A DNA stretch of 64,000 nucleotides, taken from the NCBI GenBank assembly GCA_013265495.1, contig MU058337.1:6182716-6246715 (forward strand), written 5' to 3'. Each line of letters starts with the position of its first letter. The first letter of the stretch is position 1. A program made the position numbers and the translations under genes. Below are positions 40,415 through 54,575 of the stretch, one piece after another. The notes beneath the pieces were generated by a model that ran no database searches, was not told where the DNA came from, and worked only from the letters and a program-made list of their open reading frames with translations. This DNA comes from Vicugna vicugna (lineage: Eukaryota).

Positions 40415-40471
40415 GTTTGTTTTTTTATTTTTACATTTTTTATTGAGTTATAGTTATTTTACAATGTTGTG
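40415..40471 (-). mobile_element. Extremely 5'-truncated L1 tail (57 bp)
   Basis: T-rich tail plus tattgagttatagttattttacaatgttgtg; perfect TSD taaaaatactact at 40402-40414 and 40472-40484. Confidence 0.8.
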
Positions 40472-41719
40472 TAAAAATACTACTACGTTTTTAATATATA
40501 ATAGACTAACTACTAAATCTGACAGCTTGCTAGACTTGGTACTAAAATATCTACAATATCTCTTGAGCACTCTCGAAACATCTGGTTGGAATTTTACTGG
40601 ATGAATACAGCACAAGAAGCAAGGCTAATTTAACAATATGGTCAAGGTATGAGAGAGACACAAAGCCTCAAACTGAGAATGTTGGGGGACTGCTATGTAC
40701 AAAGATAAATTTGTAATTTATTCCTCAAATCTGCAATGCAGTTGATTTTTGTTACTCACACTCACTGTGAGTATGGTGTGTGAAAATTAAGATACTTTTG
40801 ACTTTTAATAACCAAAAATTCCTACATTTTCCTATAGTCAAGACATTTTAACAGCTAGAAATAGAATGCTCACTGAAATCTTTCAGAGTGACAACCAAGA
40901 TGAAAAATGTCATCCAAGGAACTAAAGTATTAGGACAACTATAAAGTTGCATCTAATTTCAAAATGATATATGTCATTTTACCGTAAAATAATACTTTGG
41001 ACTTACCTTCCTCAGAGGTTCTCAACTAGTGTTAGGGCAACATCTTTTTTCAGCTTTTCTAGGTAAGACAAAAAAAAAAACCACAAAAACCTAAATGATT
41101 TACTAGTTGGGATCGCAAATTAAAACCCAAACTTCATCTCTCCTACTGTCTTTTTTACCAGAAGCAACACTAACCCTCTTTCCAATAGAGGATGGAGGAT
41201 GTCACAGCAGCAGAGACTCTGACGGAGAGGAGGCTGAGGGGAAAAGACAAGAAAGGTGACTCCAAAATATGGAGAATTAACCCTGTATGATAGAGCTTTG
41301 CAGACCGCTGGAACTCTTTTCATGGACTGGGCAACCCCTTTCAGATAGGGGTTGAGTTCAGACTCAAAGTGAGAAAACTAAGAAAGGGAAAGGGCTCCAG
41401 GAGGTGCCCAACAATCTCAGAGTAGTTTCCTTTCTACAATTCCACAGCCAAAAATAACCCAATAGTGAAACGTAGCCATGCCAAGTACTTCAGGTATCAG
41501 TTAAATTTCCTCCTCTTCTTTATGAATTTGTATTATTTATAAGACATTTGACACATGTTTAAACACTTACATAGCTCCTCGGTTTCAGGAAATATGACTT
41601 GTTCATCAGAGGAGGGAAAAAGCATATAATGAGGGAGTTAACAAGGGCTGATATTTTTTTACAACATTCTTTAAAAACTGAAAAACCTCTTTAAACACCA
41701 GGAACAGCTTAAATAATTC

Positions 41720-42800
41720 ACTCTAGGCCTGCGGGGCCCATGTGGACGTTTCCCTCTCGGTTCCCTTCCTGGCCACGTTCTCCCGGGGTTTCGTTGGAGA
41801 CCACAGCCCTGACAGGAGGCCCGGGCGGCCACGTGTGGCCCCCCGGGCCTCCTCGCCGCCGTCCCCCGGCGGCGTTGATGGCCCGCGGCGCCCCGGGGAG
41901 GTCGGACCCCGGGGGGCGGCCTCACGCCCTTTGACCCTGGGCGCGCAGGATGCCGGGAGCAGGCGGAAGTGCGGCCCCGTGGCCTGTCGCGGCCTGTCGC
42001 GGCCTGGAGGGAGCGGTTCCCAGGCCGCCGGGCGGGCCTGGTGGAGGCAAACGATGCTCGAGGCGCTCTGGCGCCGGCCGCACCCTGGGGACTTGTCCGA
42101 CCACAGGGGAGGATCCGGGAGGCCAGGAAGCCGCGGCCCTGGAGCCACCGACCCTCCTCTCCCGTGGCGGGCGGGAAAGGGCGCCCTACAGAAGAGCGGC
42201 CCGCGCGGAGGCCCTGGGGACGCCTGTCGGCCGGCTCCGCGCACCTCTGGCCTTCGTGGCCGCTGTTGTGCAGGAGGGAGGTGGACGCGAGCTGCGCACT
42301 CCGGCGGGCCCGGGAATTGTGAAGCCGGGCCTGCGGGCCGGGCCGGGAGGAAGGAGCGCCAAACGCTGCGCCTCAGCGCAGCCCGGACGGCGCCGGCTGC
42401 GGGCGCGGGGGACAGCACCTGCCTCCGCCCACCTGAACCTCAAGGCCGGCGCCCCTCCCTCGCCTTCCTCACGGAAGTCGCCGGGAGCCGAAACCCAAAA
42501 CCCCGCGGCCCTTGGGTGCTCCTCTACCAGGGGGCGACGCGAGTACCCTTGACCGAGCCCTGCTCCCCAGGGCAGAGAGTTCGACGCTCCCAAGGAGGGA
42601 GTCTCATTGGAGGAATTCCTACTGCTTCGCTTCCAGAGTTGAAAGCCTGAGGGCCGTCGGTTCAGCAAAGAGGAGCAGTCGGGCGCGGGGAAGCAAGCAG
42701 CTGATGAAAATAATTGTCCTCGCACACACAGCCCTGCGCCCAGGGGCGCGGGCACGCACACACACATACACAGACACACGCACGCACGCACGCACACACA
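41720..42800. promoter_or_regulatory. Orphan CpG island about 10 kb downstream of ZIC2
   Basis: Abrupt GC-rich, CpG-dense 1.1 kb block; its ORFs are low-complexity Arg/Pro/Gly/Ala. Confidence 0.8.
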
Positions 42801-42802
42801 CA
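42752..42802. repeat. Imperfect (CA)n/(CACG)n microsatellite
   Basis: Directly visible. Confidence 0.9.
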
Positions 42803-45800
42803 ACTTGCCTCATCTAGCTGCCCAACCTTAGTATTCTAGGCATGCGGTTTTCAACAACTTGCTTGACACAATAACAAAGACATTTAAATGCCAGGACGCA
42901 GACTTCACTTTTTAACCTGCTGAGAGGAGCTACTTTCAAAGCTTCCCCACTGCGAATAAACTGACAAAAAATATGGGGTGCACTTATAAATTAAACACCT
43001 TACCCTCAAAGCAACGTGTGTTAATCAGGTTTCTAAGGCAATAGCCATCTCTTTCTTTTCCTATTCACCCAAATAATGCCCCAAGAAGGAACCCCTTTAC
43101 ACAAGAGAGAGCTGGGGGAAAAATGAATTATAGCCATTGCTAGTAAAAATCATCTTAAATCAATAGAGCACCACTTGAACTTGAGTTCCCATTGTTTCAC
43201 TGAATCATCAATGTTTTTAATTAAACAGCTACCCTTTCTGTTAAAACATTACATAAAAGGGCTAGGTTTCTACTTTTGTTGAGGCAGCTGGCGTTTGTTG
43301 GCTGTTGTGTTTGAGCAACAGACTGTTCAATAGAAGCGAGAAATAGCTCAACGCGCTCTTAATAGACCTGTTTCAACAATGTACCTTGAAAAGGAATACA
43401 TTGTGTTATTGTGTTAGTTTGCTACAAACCTATTAAAAGAAAAATAGCATCCATCAGGTCTAACAAAACGCATTTGTATTGTATGTACTTATCTGCTTCA
43501 AATACACTTCTTGGCACACTGTCTAGAATTCAACTAGATCATCAAGAGCTGGATGGAAGAACACATACCAGTTAGGTAATGATACACGGGCTAAAAATAA
43601 TAATAAAGGAAGGTGTAGGCAACGGTAATCGCTACTTTTGTTTATCATGAGAAATACAGGCAGCCCTACTTCAACAGAAAATACATTGCAAAAACATAGA
43701 CTCTTATGACAAAAACAATTTTTAAAAATATTTCAAGCACAGGAATATTGATTCAAATCCCCTATTTGGAACGAATCTGATAGACTTTCGATAGCAATTT
43801 GTTTCCGAGAAGGATTCAGGGCAACGGCGATGCATTTTTAAAGCAGAATTAAATAGCGCAAAGAGCCCGGCTCTTTAGGGAAATGCGTGAAACAAACAAA
43901 TCGAAAGCAAGGGTTCCAGCCAAGAGGTTGGGGACCAATGCTGTCTGGCAGTAAGAAAGGACGTGCTTCTTGAAAGTGCTCTCTTTAAAATGATTTTTAA
44001 CTTATTTTATTGTATTTTAAACACAAAACGAAACTTGAAGCAAAGAAACAGGCAGTCGACTTTGCCACTATGAAACAGAAACTGGTATGTTTCAGGGAGG
44101 GCTGCCACTTGGACCACAAATCTTAGGAAAACAGAGCGGCAAATGATGAAGCTAATTTAGCTCTGAGATCCTCTTAGCAGAAAGAAACCCAAAGTAGCAT
44201 CTGTCAGAGGGAAACATCTTTTGCTCCCACGAAAGGCAATCGATTTAGTTTCTAACCTCAGTATGCCCAACATTCACTTTCAAGTGCAAAATGTTGGGGG
44301 CACAAGAGAATAGTATACTGGCTGCAAGTGAACTCAATCATCCAAAAAGGAGAATCTACATAGATTACAATAGCATGCCTATGCAAGATGTCTATGTTTA
44401 CAGTTTTGCCATATTGTGAAGTAGTTATATTAGACTTTTCTAGAAGGCGTTTGAAGTCAAGTGGCTGATATGACAGCTCCCTTCAGTTAAGACATTTTTT
44501 TCTCAAGAAGGGTGTACATATGTATGTGCTGGGAGGTGGTTGAGATGTGTTTGATTTATACTTCAAGACTTTTCACTAATAATGTTACCTTTCTAGACTA
44601 AATCAACTTTTGAATTATTCCCCTGAATTAAAAAAAATGGAAATGATATTATGAACCCCAAATTGCATATTATGAAATTAGTTTCTCATAAGATTGACAG
44701 AAGAGTTAACATTTTCAAGGTGAGATTTTTTGATGTATCAGATAATCTACCAAAGATGTAAGAAGTTCACAATAAATTGGTTTGGCTGTAATATGAAATG
44801 TTGTTATTAAGCTTTTATAAAAAGTCTTTGATTTTTCATTTGCTTTTAGAAATGTTTGCTTCTTGGAAGTTAAGCCATCTAGGAGAAAATATTCAATGAT
44901 TTTAATTTGAAGGGGTTGTTCAAATAAACAAAGAATCACCAAAGATGTCATTTGAAAACCAGCAGAGAAAGAAATGTATTTCAGAGGAAGACTGTAATTT
45001 GATTCCTTGTTTTGTTCTTAATCTTCAAAATCTTTGATTCTCCACTCTTGCAAAGAATTTTTCAATAATATATGAAGGCTAAATATTTTTTATTTCTTTC
45101 TCTAAAGAAAAATTCCAAATGGTATGTACTACAATTTATCTCCCCTTGAAGAACAAGATGAAAAGGATCACATGTAGATTATTTTCTAAGTACCCCCCAA
45201 ATTTTTTTCTCAAAAGAGCCTTCTAGCTATTAATTTTTATCAGTCGTATCTAGAAAATTTTTAACCAATTAAGTTTTTAAAAATCTTTACTGCCATTCAT
45301 CCTACACAGCATCTAATTTGAAAAATTCTGTAATGTACATTTTCAAAGCATCTTCTTCCCAGTTTCTGGGTCTGCCTTAGGTAAGTAAATGAATATCATT
45401 TCAGATTTCCTTTTAGTTTCTTTTGCCTTTTAGCTCAGAAGTATGTGAAGTAAGAGAGGTTAATATTTTTGAAACATTTCTGCCACATGCAATTATTTCA
45501 ATGCCGTTCTCTGGTGTTGTGTCTGAAAAACGGGTGGCCGAACCCACTGCCCGCAGCGCCAGACATTCAGCCGGATCCACCCCTGGGCACAGTCGTCAGA
45601 GGGAAAAGATCCAGCTTCCAAACTTGATTAAAAACAGCCAAACAGTCTCTGCCCCACTAAAAACCTTAAAGAGGCTTGAGAAGCCGAGTAAACTGCCTCG
45701 GAGAGGAGGTGGCTGAGGTCTAGATGCCTTTCATATGGGAACTGGGAGAAGCTCAAAAAAAGCATTAGATATTGGGCTGCAAAACCACAACTTGTCCACC

Positions 45801-48800
45801 CAAATCCAAAGTTGAAATCGACTTTACACATCTAGCTGCTGACAAAGAGTGATTCTACCTTGCAATTTTTCACCTTAATTTGAAGGGAAAAAGGAAACAC
45901 GTGCACCATACCAAAGACCTACTGAGATGCTAGGGAAATGTTAACTTGTTTCTGAGCTACATTTTTTTGTTTTGCTTCCTTTTGGCAAATAATTCAAAAT
46001 ATCCTCCCCCAAAGTTATATCCTGGGAGAGACAATTAAAAGAAAAATACTAAGATGGAAAACTGAACTAGAAATGAGGAGTGTGTAGGTTGGTGAATAAA
46101 ATAGATGCCTGTCAGCATCTTCTTAAAGATACGTTGTCTGTGTTGTTTTCTACATGTGACATTTTTACGGTGAAAAAACTAAAAACATCCAAATAGGAAT
46201 CCAAATATGAAGAGAAGTGGGAGGTTGCCTGATGTGTTTCAATAGTAAAATGAAAATTGTGTCTGAATGTGCCTATATGTTCCCCTTCAATTTGAAATTT
46301 TATTCCAGAAAGTGGTGCAATTTGTTACTTTTTTTGTGTGGGCACAGGAGGAGGAAAATATGATACATTTGGGGATTTTTCAGTTGAGCTGTGTTTAGTT
46401 TTAATTTTCCTGTATTTTAAAATAAACACTTTGACCAAAGCATGTTTGATCTCTGCAAGAAGGAAATATACATTGTAAAGGAATGTGCGGTGGTTGAGCA
46501 TGAAAATGGGGTTGTGACTCACAGCTGCAGGCAGAAAAAAAAGGCGTCGTGGTGTCAGCCAGAGGTGTTCAGTCTAATAATTCAAGCTGTAAACTGTATC
46601 CCTTAAAATTACCTACATAATAAATCATTGTGTGAAGAAAAAAAGTTTGGACTGAAAAGTGTAAGTGAAACAGAATCCTCAGGAGACTTCAATGCTGGGA
46701 CCTATTGACAATGATGTGAAATATGGGTTTATTTTGTCCAAAACTTTAACAATCAGAATAATACTGGGAATTATTCTAGAATAGCTGTTTTTTCCCCCTT
46801 GGGTTTCAACACTTTTCTACATATTCTGTTACAGAAATGGGCTTGCACTTTTTTTCTTCTCCTGGTCACACAGCTGAAACTGTTTTATGGGATTCATAGT
46901 CAATCTACACAGCTTCAAGAGAAAACTCAATTCAAGAATAGCTTTATTTTCAGAAAAATAAACTAAGTTATCACATACATATCAAGAAAGGAGACAGAAA
47001 CCTTCCTGGAAATTCCCTTAGGTTCCTGAATCAGTTTTCACTGTTGCTTACAGGTACCAAAGAAAATACATTTATGTAAACTGGTCAATTTGCTTGCCTA
47101 GGAATTCACTAATAGATTGAAACAGACACTGGGGTTGTCAAAGCCAGTGTCAAATCTTGAAGACTTGAGAACCAGGAATGTTTGGGGAAGGAATGCACCC
47201 GTTTGGAGTAAAAAGGAGCTCAGTGCCTGGAGAAAAGATGCAATTGTCAAAAGGAAGTTTAAAGGCCAAGGACACACGAAGTCTTTGAAACAATAAGGGT
47301 GAGTAATTCAAGAAGCAGACTTACCAAAACCACACTGAAACAATTTATTTTATAGGATCTCCTATATTTCCAGAATTAGCAGAAGTGCCACGCTGTGAAC
47401 GTGAGCTGTTCACACGGGTACTGCGAGAGGGAGAAAGTCAAGGTGACACGGGTCTCTTTCGCCTGGGCATTTCAAATGAAAATATAAGGAGGAGGGCGGA
47501 GACAGAAGGAGACAAAACGAAGCTCGAAAACACTGACTCCAAAGACTGCAATAAAGATTAACTGGAAAAAGGAAGTCTATAGCAATTAAAACTCCTACCC
47601 TGTCTCATTAGTATTCATGACCGAACGTCCAGCTTCTCTGTTTATCTTTCTCCCAGGATCAATATCGGAGCAGCGTGGGGCTGGGAGGAGCCCAAGCCGG
47701 GCCCTGCGTGCGCCTGACCTCTCGCGCCCTCCCTACAGGTCAGAGCATCTTCAGAACCGCCCGGCCAACGCCGCGCCCCTGCTCATTAAAGGCACCATTC
47801 ATCTGCCAGCGGGGAGAGGGAGGGGGAACAGGCCGGGGCCGGGGCAGCGGGCAAACAGACCTAACCGACTCCAAAGGGTTTCGAGAAACCACACTCCACC
47901 ACACCAACCACCGTGGGCCCAGTGGGCCAGAAGTAAAAAAGAACAAGAACAAGCCGCGTCTTCAGCAAGAGTCCCAGCGCGGCTCCTGGTCAGACCCTCT
48001 CTGGCTCGGCTGGGTCCAGACCCCAGATTTTGTCTGGGGGAAGCAACATAAGAGGACCCTCCGCGCCCATCCCTGAAAGAGAACCCCACGCCCACTCCAG
48101 CCCAATGCGGTCTGGAGCGACCCCAGGCCTCCACAGACCTTTGAGAAGTAACACACTGGCGGAGCCTTAACTACAACTATTATCTTTGACATTATTAACA
48201 TTATTATTTCTACCCCCCACCTTCTCTAGGGGCGCTGCGCTCCATTCTTCTCCCCAGGACCACCGACTTGGCCTCAGGGACAGAAAAAACATGACTCCGG
48301 AGCTTATGAAAGGAAGAGGCTGAGGCAGGTGCTGGAGAGGTGATGTGTGTGCGTGTCGAGGGTATAGTCAGCTCTCCCTGGTTTAGCTGAGAGTTGAGGG
48401 GGCGCCCCCCTTTCAACGCACACGCCGGGGTCACAGGGCTCGCGGGCAGGCCGGACAGTCTGGCTCATCAAATTCCCGGGGAAGTGGGCATGAGGAACCC
48501 CGACTGCGGGTAGCTCCCAACCAACTTAGTCTCACGCAGGTGATTTAAGGAGCCGGCCTCAGGAGCTCGGTCCTGGCTGTGGACTCTCAAAAGCAGGCCT
48601 GGCCCCCTGGGAGAGAGGCTGTAAGAGGGTAGGAGAGCTAGGGAAGCGCAGAGGGGTGAGAGCATCCCTTACCGGGTCCTCGGGCCACCCGCCCCAAATC
48701 TCTGGGGCTGAATTCCAGCCCACCCACGCAAGACGGTAGCCGGAGATGCGGAGTTCAGATATGTGAGTGCGTGTGTGTGTTGGGTCGTGAAGAAATAGAA

Positions 48801-48807
48801 TGTGGTC

Positions 48808-48808
48808 T

Positions 48809-48839
<31 letters not shown>

Positions 48840-48857
48840 CGCACACGCACGCACACG
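48808..48857. repeat. Compound (GT)n(GC)n(AC/GC)n microsatellite
   Basis: Directly visible. Confidence 0.95.
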
Positions 48858-51600
48858 AGCGAATGGACGCCCCCAGCTCCATCCTGGAGGCTGCGGTGAA
48901 CCTCATCCCTAATGGACAGGCAGGCAGGATGCGGGATGCCCAACGCGGGATGAGGGCAGGACGCAGGGCTCGAGATGAAGCAAGATGTCACCTCTTCAAA
49001 AGCTCATCGGCCCCTGGGAACAAAAGGGAAACTTGGGAGGGCGACGATGGGGCTCCAGGACCGACGGTTCCCGGACTGGGCCCTGTAGGGGAGGGGCGGG
49101 AGTGGGAGGACCCGAGCCAGGCGGACCTGGCCAGAGATCTGGGTTGCGGCCGCTCAGGGGCCGGGCGGCGCGTGGACACGGCTGCCCCTGCCACCCCGCA
49201 GCCTTGACCGTGAACTCGAAACTTCGGGCTGCCCTGGTTATGGTTTACAGAAGTTTTCATTGGTATCACCTTATTCAGCTGCCACCGCTGCCTTTCGTTC
49301 TCAGGAGCCCAGCTGGGCAGGCCTGAGGGTTTATGCCAGATCACCCAATCCAATCTGGAAGGATCTAGATTCTTCCCTAAAATAAAAACTCGGCAACAAT
49401 CTGTTGGAGGCCTGTGGGAGAGGGGGGTGTTAGAAAAGAGGGCGACATTTCTCAGGCCCTGTTCTGAGCTGCCAGTTAAAAATAGAACCATTCATTGCGG
49501 TCTGCTGGGGGTAGCAGTGGGCCGAGGCGCTCCAAGTTTCTCTGGAACAAGAGCGATATCAGACTGTAATCAATCAATCCACAAGTATTTATTGAACGCC
49601 TACTTTGGATCCCAAGGGTCGCTTTCCTGGACACGTGTTCGTTTAAGTGAAAATGCATCCAATGATTCAACCAAGTCTTGGTGGGGTGTTATTTTGAGGC
49701 CTTTATTTCTCAGCTCCTGGACGCAGGCCTAGCACTCGCTCCCTTTGGGTTATTTCGGTGGCGTGATGTGGGGGAGGGTAGGACCTGAGTCCCTAGTTAA
49801 TATTTGATAGGTCCCCGCGTGTCCCGCTATGCCACCGGCGCGCTACAGGGACTACCAGAATCAGCCCCCTTCTCCGTCCTGCCGACCCGGTCGGGCAACC
49901 GGTCACCTGGAAAGCCCAGGCCTTCCTAGGCAACCCTAGGTTACGGGAGAACAGCGCAGAGCGCAGGGAAACCCGAACCTCCGGTCCAGTCTATGATCTG
50001 CTCTTGATCTCAGGGGTTTTTGCGGAAAATACACCACTTGAGACTGAAAACATCCGTCTGAAAAAGAGACAAAGGGGCCAGGGGTGGGGAGGAGGAGGAA
50101 GGGAAAAGGTGCCAGCAGAAAGGAAAGGGGCCGGGACAGCGTGGGACGGGGTGTGCTGGGCCTGCAGGACCTGTTTCCTTTACGCGCGTCCCGACGCCCT
50201 CGGCCCTAGCAGCCTCCCCTTGCTGGCGCCCAGAGAAGAACAGACCCGGCCTCTGCTCCCTCAGTGACCTCCTCCCCCGCCCAGGACTTCGGGGGACATC
50301 ACTGAACCGGGAGATACTGATACCAATCCCAGTTATCATTGTGGTCATTAATAATGCAGTGAGGATCATGATAATTAATAATAATAATGATGGGCCTCCC
50401 GAGGGGGCTCCAGCTGCCTCCGGATAGAGGTCGCGTTGAGGGGAGTTATTCGGTGGTGGATGGAGGAAAGCGGGAAAGGAGCGAGCTTGGGCGCTCTGAA
50501 GTTCAAGTTGACAGCGCTGACGGGCAAAAACCATCCACTGGCCTCGGCAGACGGCCTCCTTGCCGGCAGCGAACCACAGAGCAGCTCTAGCTCCCGGAGG
50601 GAAGCGAAGACTGGCCTCGGTTTTGTGGTTCTGGAGGCAAGGCAAACAGATTTAGGTCTGTTTAGGCAGGGGAGGGGGAGGCCTGCACCCTGCACCCCCA
50701 GGCCCAGGCACCTCGTCTCGGCGCAGGATCTTGGGTCTCTTGTCCTGGTGCTCGTTCGAAGTTGAGCATTTCTGACATCTCTGATGCTCTTACATGTTCG
50801 CCACCTCCCCCTCCCCCATTCTGTCCCCGGGACTCGCAGAGAAAGGCGGAGATTGGGCCACAACATCGGGTCCGTGACTTGTTTCGGTAAAGCGGTGGGA
50901 CTCAAGTGCTGGAGAATGGGCACCCATTTTGCTGGAAAGCTGCTCCCACCCGCCCCTCACATTCTAGGGTGCACTAGGAGACGCTCCCGGGCTGTAGTCC
51001 TCCTCATGTCATGCCCCTTCGCATTTTTGTTTCCTGCTTAAAATTGATACCCGCGTCTCTGGACATAAAAGGGGCCTCCGGTAGCTCTCCGACGTTCAGA
51101 TCTGGAACGTAGTCCCTCCAACTCAGGAGATCGTCCTGTCCCTGCCGTCTTCCTTCTTTACCCAAATGAGAAGAAAAGCACCAAGGCTTTGAGTTGATAC
51201 TAACATTGCACACCTCCTGCCCTTCCAACCTTCTTAAGTTGGAGAGGTGTCTCAAAGCCAATACTTTCCACCAAAAAAAAAAAAAGTTTTAAACGTTTAG
51301 AATAGACTATCTCATCCTTGCACAAGTTGTGAGGAATATTTAATTTGATTCCTGCGCCCCCTCCCCCAGGGTGGGGAGCGTTGGGAAACTCTACACGTTT
51401 TCCCCACAGCTTATACTGTGTTCAGTGAAATCTCCCAAGGATCAGTAACATATGCCAATTATTTTAATAATTTTCCTTAATATTATTAGGGGTTATAAAT
51501 TTGATTTTAATAGGGAGTTGATTGCTTTAGGAGTTGGAGCTTAGGCAGTTCGCAGGGCCATTTGGGAGGGCTAGCCCAGCGGCGACTGTCACCCTCTGGG

Positions 51601-51614
51601 ACACACTACACACT

Positions 51615-51650
<36 letters not shown>

Positions 51651-51663
51651 CACACAAACACAC
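51601..51663. repeat. Imperfect (CA)n microsatellite
   Basis: Directly visible. Confidence 0.9.
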
Positions 51664-52897
51664 TTCAGCCCCAAGGCTGGAGTCTTTCCCTCCCTGTTGA
51701 ATAGGTAGCGTGGCCTCCGGGAGGTCAGGGTTGTCCTTCTTCCCAAGGGGCCCTCCATCCTGTCCTGCCTGTCCCTTCGGCTCGGTCCAGGGCCAGAGGG
51801 GAAGAAGCGGCGGAGATCGCAGCAGCCACCCGCGCCACCGGCCTCTGCCGGAAGAGCCCTGCGGGCCGCTAGGCGATTCCATGGCAGTATTGCCGCCACC
51901 GTCCATATCTTCTCACCACTTGGGGGTGACTCCGGGACTGCCAGGGCCTTTCTGAGCAACAGGGATACTCAGGAAGATGGAGATATCTTGATGGCTCAGG
52001 GATTTAAAAAGAAATTCCCCCATTCCTACCCTTTGATTATTAAAATGATTTTTGCCTTCTTCCTTAGAGCATCTTGTTTGAAAACTCAGTTTACCTCTTA
52101 CAGGGGAGGGGAGTGAGGCTGCAATGCAAACCTTAGAGAAAGCTGGCGGTTGGTCCTTTGCTTCTTTCATGTCCACCTGGCCATTTTAGCCTTTGTATTT
52201 TATTCTGTTAGATTTCACTGAATTCTTGAGGTTCTTTTTCATCTTGCGCAGATGGTTTGTTGCTTTCCTAAATCAAAATGTAATCTATCACCTCCTTTTG
52301 TACATCCTGCTTATTGGGGTGCAGCAGCTAGGTAGATAAGCAGGAATTCTTAAGCAAGCTCTCTTTTTAACATTTCAAGAAAAAAAATTTAGTAGAAAGG
52401 GGCCCTTAAACCATAATCATTGAACCAAGTTCAAAAACAAAGTACTCAGTTCAGTTTTAAATGTGCAATTAAAAATAACTGTAACTCAGCTTTTCAGAGG
52501 GAGAGGAAAGGAGGCAGGGAAGAGGGAAAACAAAGAATAAGGAAATGTTTAGTGCTCTTAAATCCAGTCCCAATAGCTGAAAGAAAGGCATTCCCTCAGA
52601 TAATGGAACCATCAGAAACTCTGAAGTTTCTTGCCGCCTTTCCTCACAGGGGCTTTCCAAAAATTTAATTCACTTGCAGCTCCAAAACAAAGGACATAGA
52701 AAATAATTTTGAGACTTTCTGCCAAAGGGGCATTTTGGCCCAGTTTCTAGGCACCTACCTTCCTCCCCAGAATGCAAGGACGTGCCTTCCCATTCATTCA
52801 GGCAGCTGATCCAGACCCATGTCAACCCTCAGCTGCCTCCTTCCCACTTTAATAACTTTGCTAGAAAAAATAGTATGTTCATGCAGTTTCAACACAT

Positions 52898-52903
52898 TTT
52901 ATT
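52898..52903 (-). terminator. Distal polyadenylation signal AATAAA of ZIC2
   Basis: tttatt on the + strand; T-rich sequence follows on the minus strand. Confidence 0.75.
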
Positions 52904-53919
52904 ATATTTCTGTATGCATTACTCTCAAAACATATCACGAGAAATGATCAAACCACTTAAAACCTTCAAATAAAAAATCTGAAACAGTTTATGCCCACAA
53001 TTGTACATATTTATAGTTAAGAAACATTCTTTATAAATATTGTTTCCTCTGTAGCAAGTTAATACCATAATTTAATTACAAATGGATAAATATGGTAACG
53101 GGTATTTACAGAAGGAAGGGTGTTATTATGGAAAAAACTAACGGCACGACGTTTATTTTTCCCCCCACAATCTTTCATACAGGAACTAACAAATTGAACT
53201 TGCAAAAGCACTAAAACATCACATGTAAACCCAGCTAACAGAAAAATACATTCACAAGCATTGGTGGTGGTGTGTATGTGTGTGCTGTGGATCAGTGTGT
53301 TGAAGAAACAGAAGGGAGACTTTGGCACGGCTTGTTTTTTTCCAGTCTATAGTTGCATGAAGTTTACAATCAAATTGCCTCATAAAAAGGAACACAATAT
53401 TCAATACCACAATACAAAACAAACCATTTTCTTCCACGTTACTTAAAAAGAAACCAGGGAAACTAAAAAGAGAAAAGAGAAAAGAGAAAAAAAAAAACAA
53501 CAACTATCACTTGAGGAAGGGAAGGGAACGGAAGGGAAGGGAAGAAAGACAGGAGGAAAGCAATCCGGAGAATTACAAATGGACAAACTTCTATACACCA
53601 AGAAGCCATTAAAACCACCTCGGAGAAGGAAGGAGTCTGCTATGTACACAGTTTGTCAGGAGACTGGGAAAGGGTTGGGAAGGAAATCAGGGATGGGGGA
53701 AGGCAAAGGGGGGGGGGTTCGATGTTTTTATGGATTTTTTTTTTTTTTACTTTTTATTTCTTATTTTATGGTTTTAGCTTCAGACTCCAGAAGGGATATT
53801 TTTGTTTTTCATGCCTAGATTAAAAAAAAAAAACTTTTAAAAAATCCTTCTGCTGATAAAATCATTTTCATCATCATAAAAATCAGATTCATAATTTTAA
53901 CAACACGATCACAGGGTGA

Positions 53920-54575
<656 letters not shown>

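Larger units (their letters stand above)
47600..51900. promoter_or_regulatory. Cluster of CpG-rich segments downstream of ZIC2
   Basis: GC/CpG-rich blocks at ~47.65-49.25k, 49.7-51.1k and 51.7-51.95k with no credible coding frame. Confidence 0.65.

Noticed and set aside
41671..42817. Overlapping 200-300 aa ORFs in the CpG island
   Set aside because: Arg/Pro/Gly-rich ORFs on both strands are typical GC artefacts.
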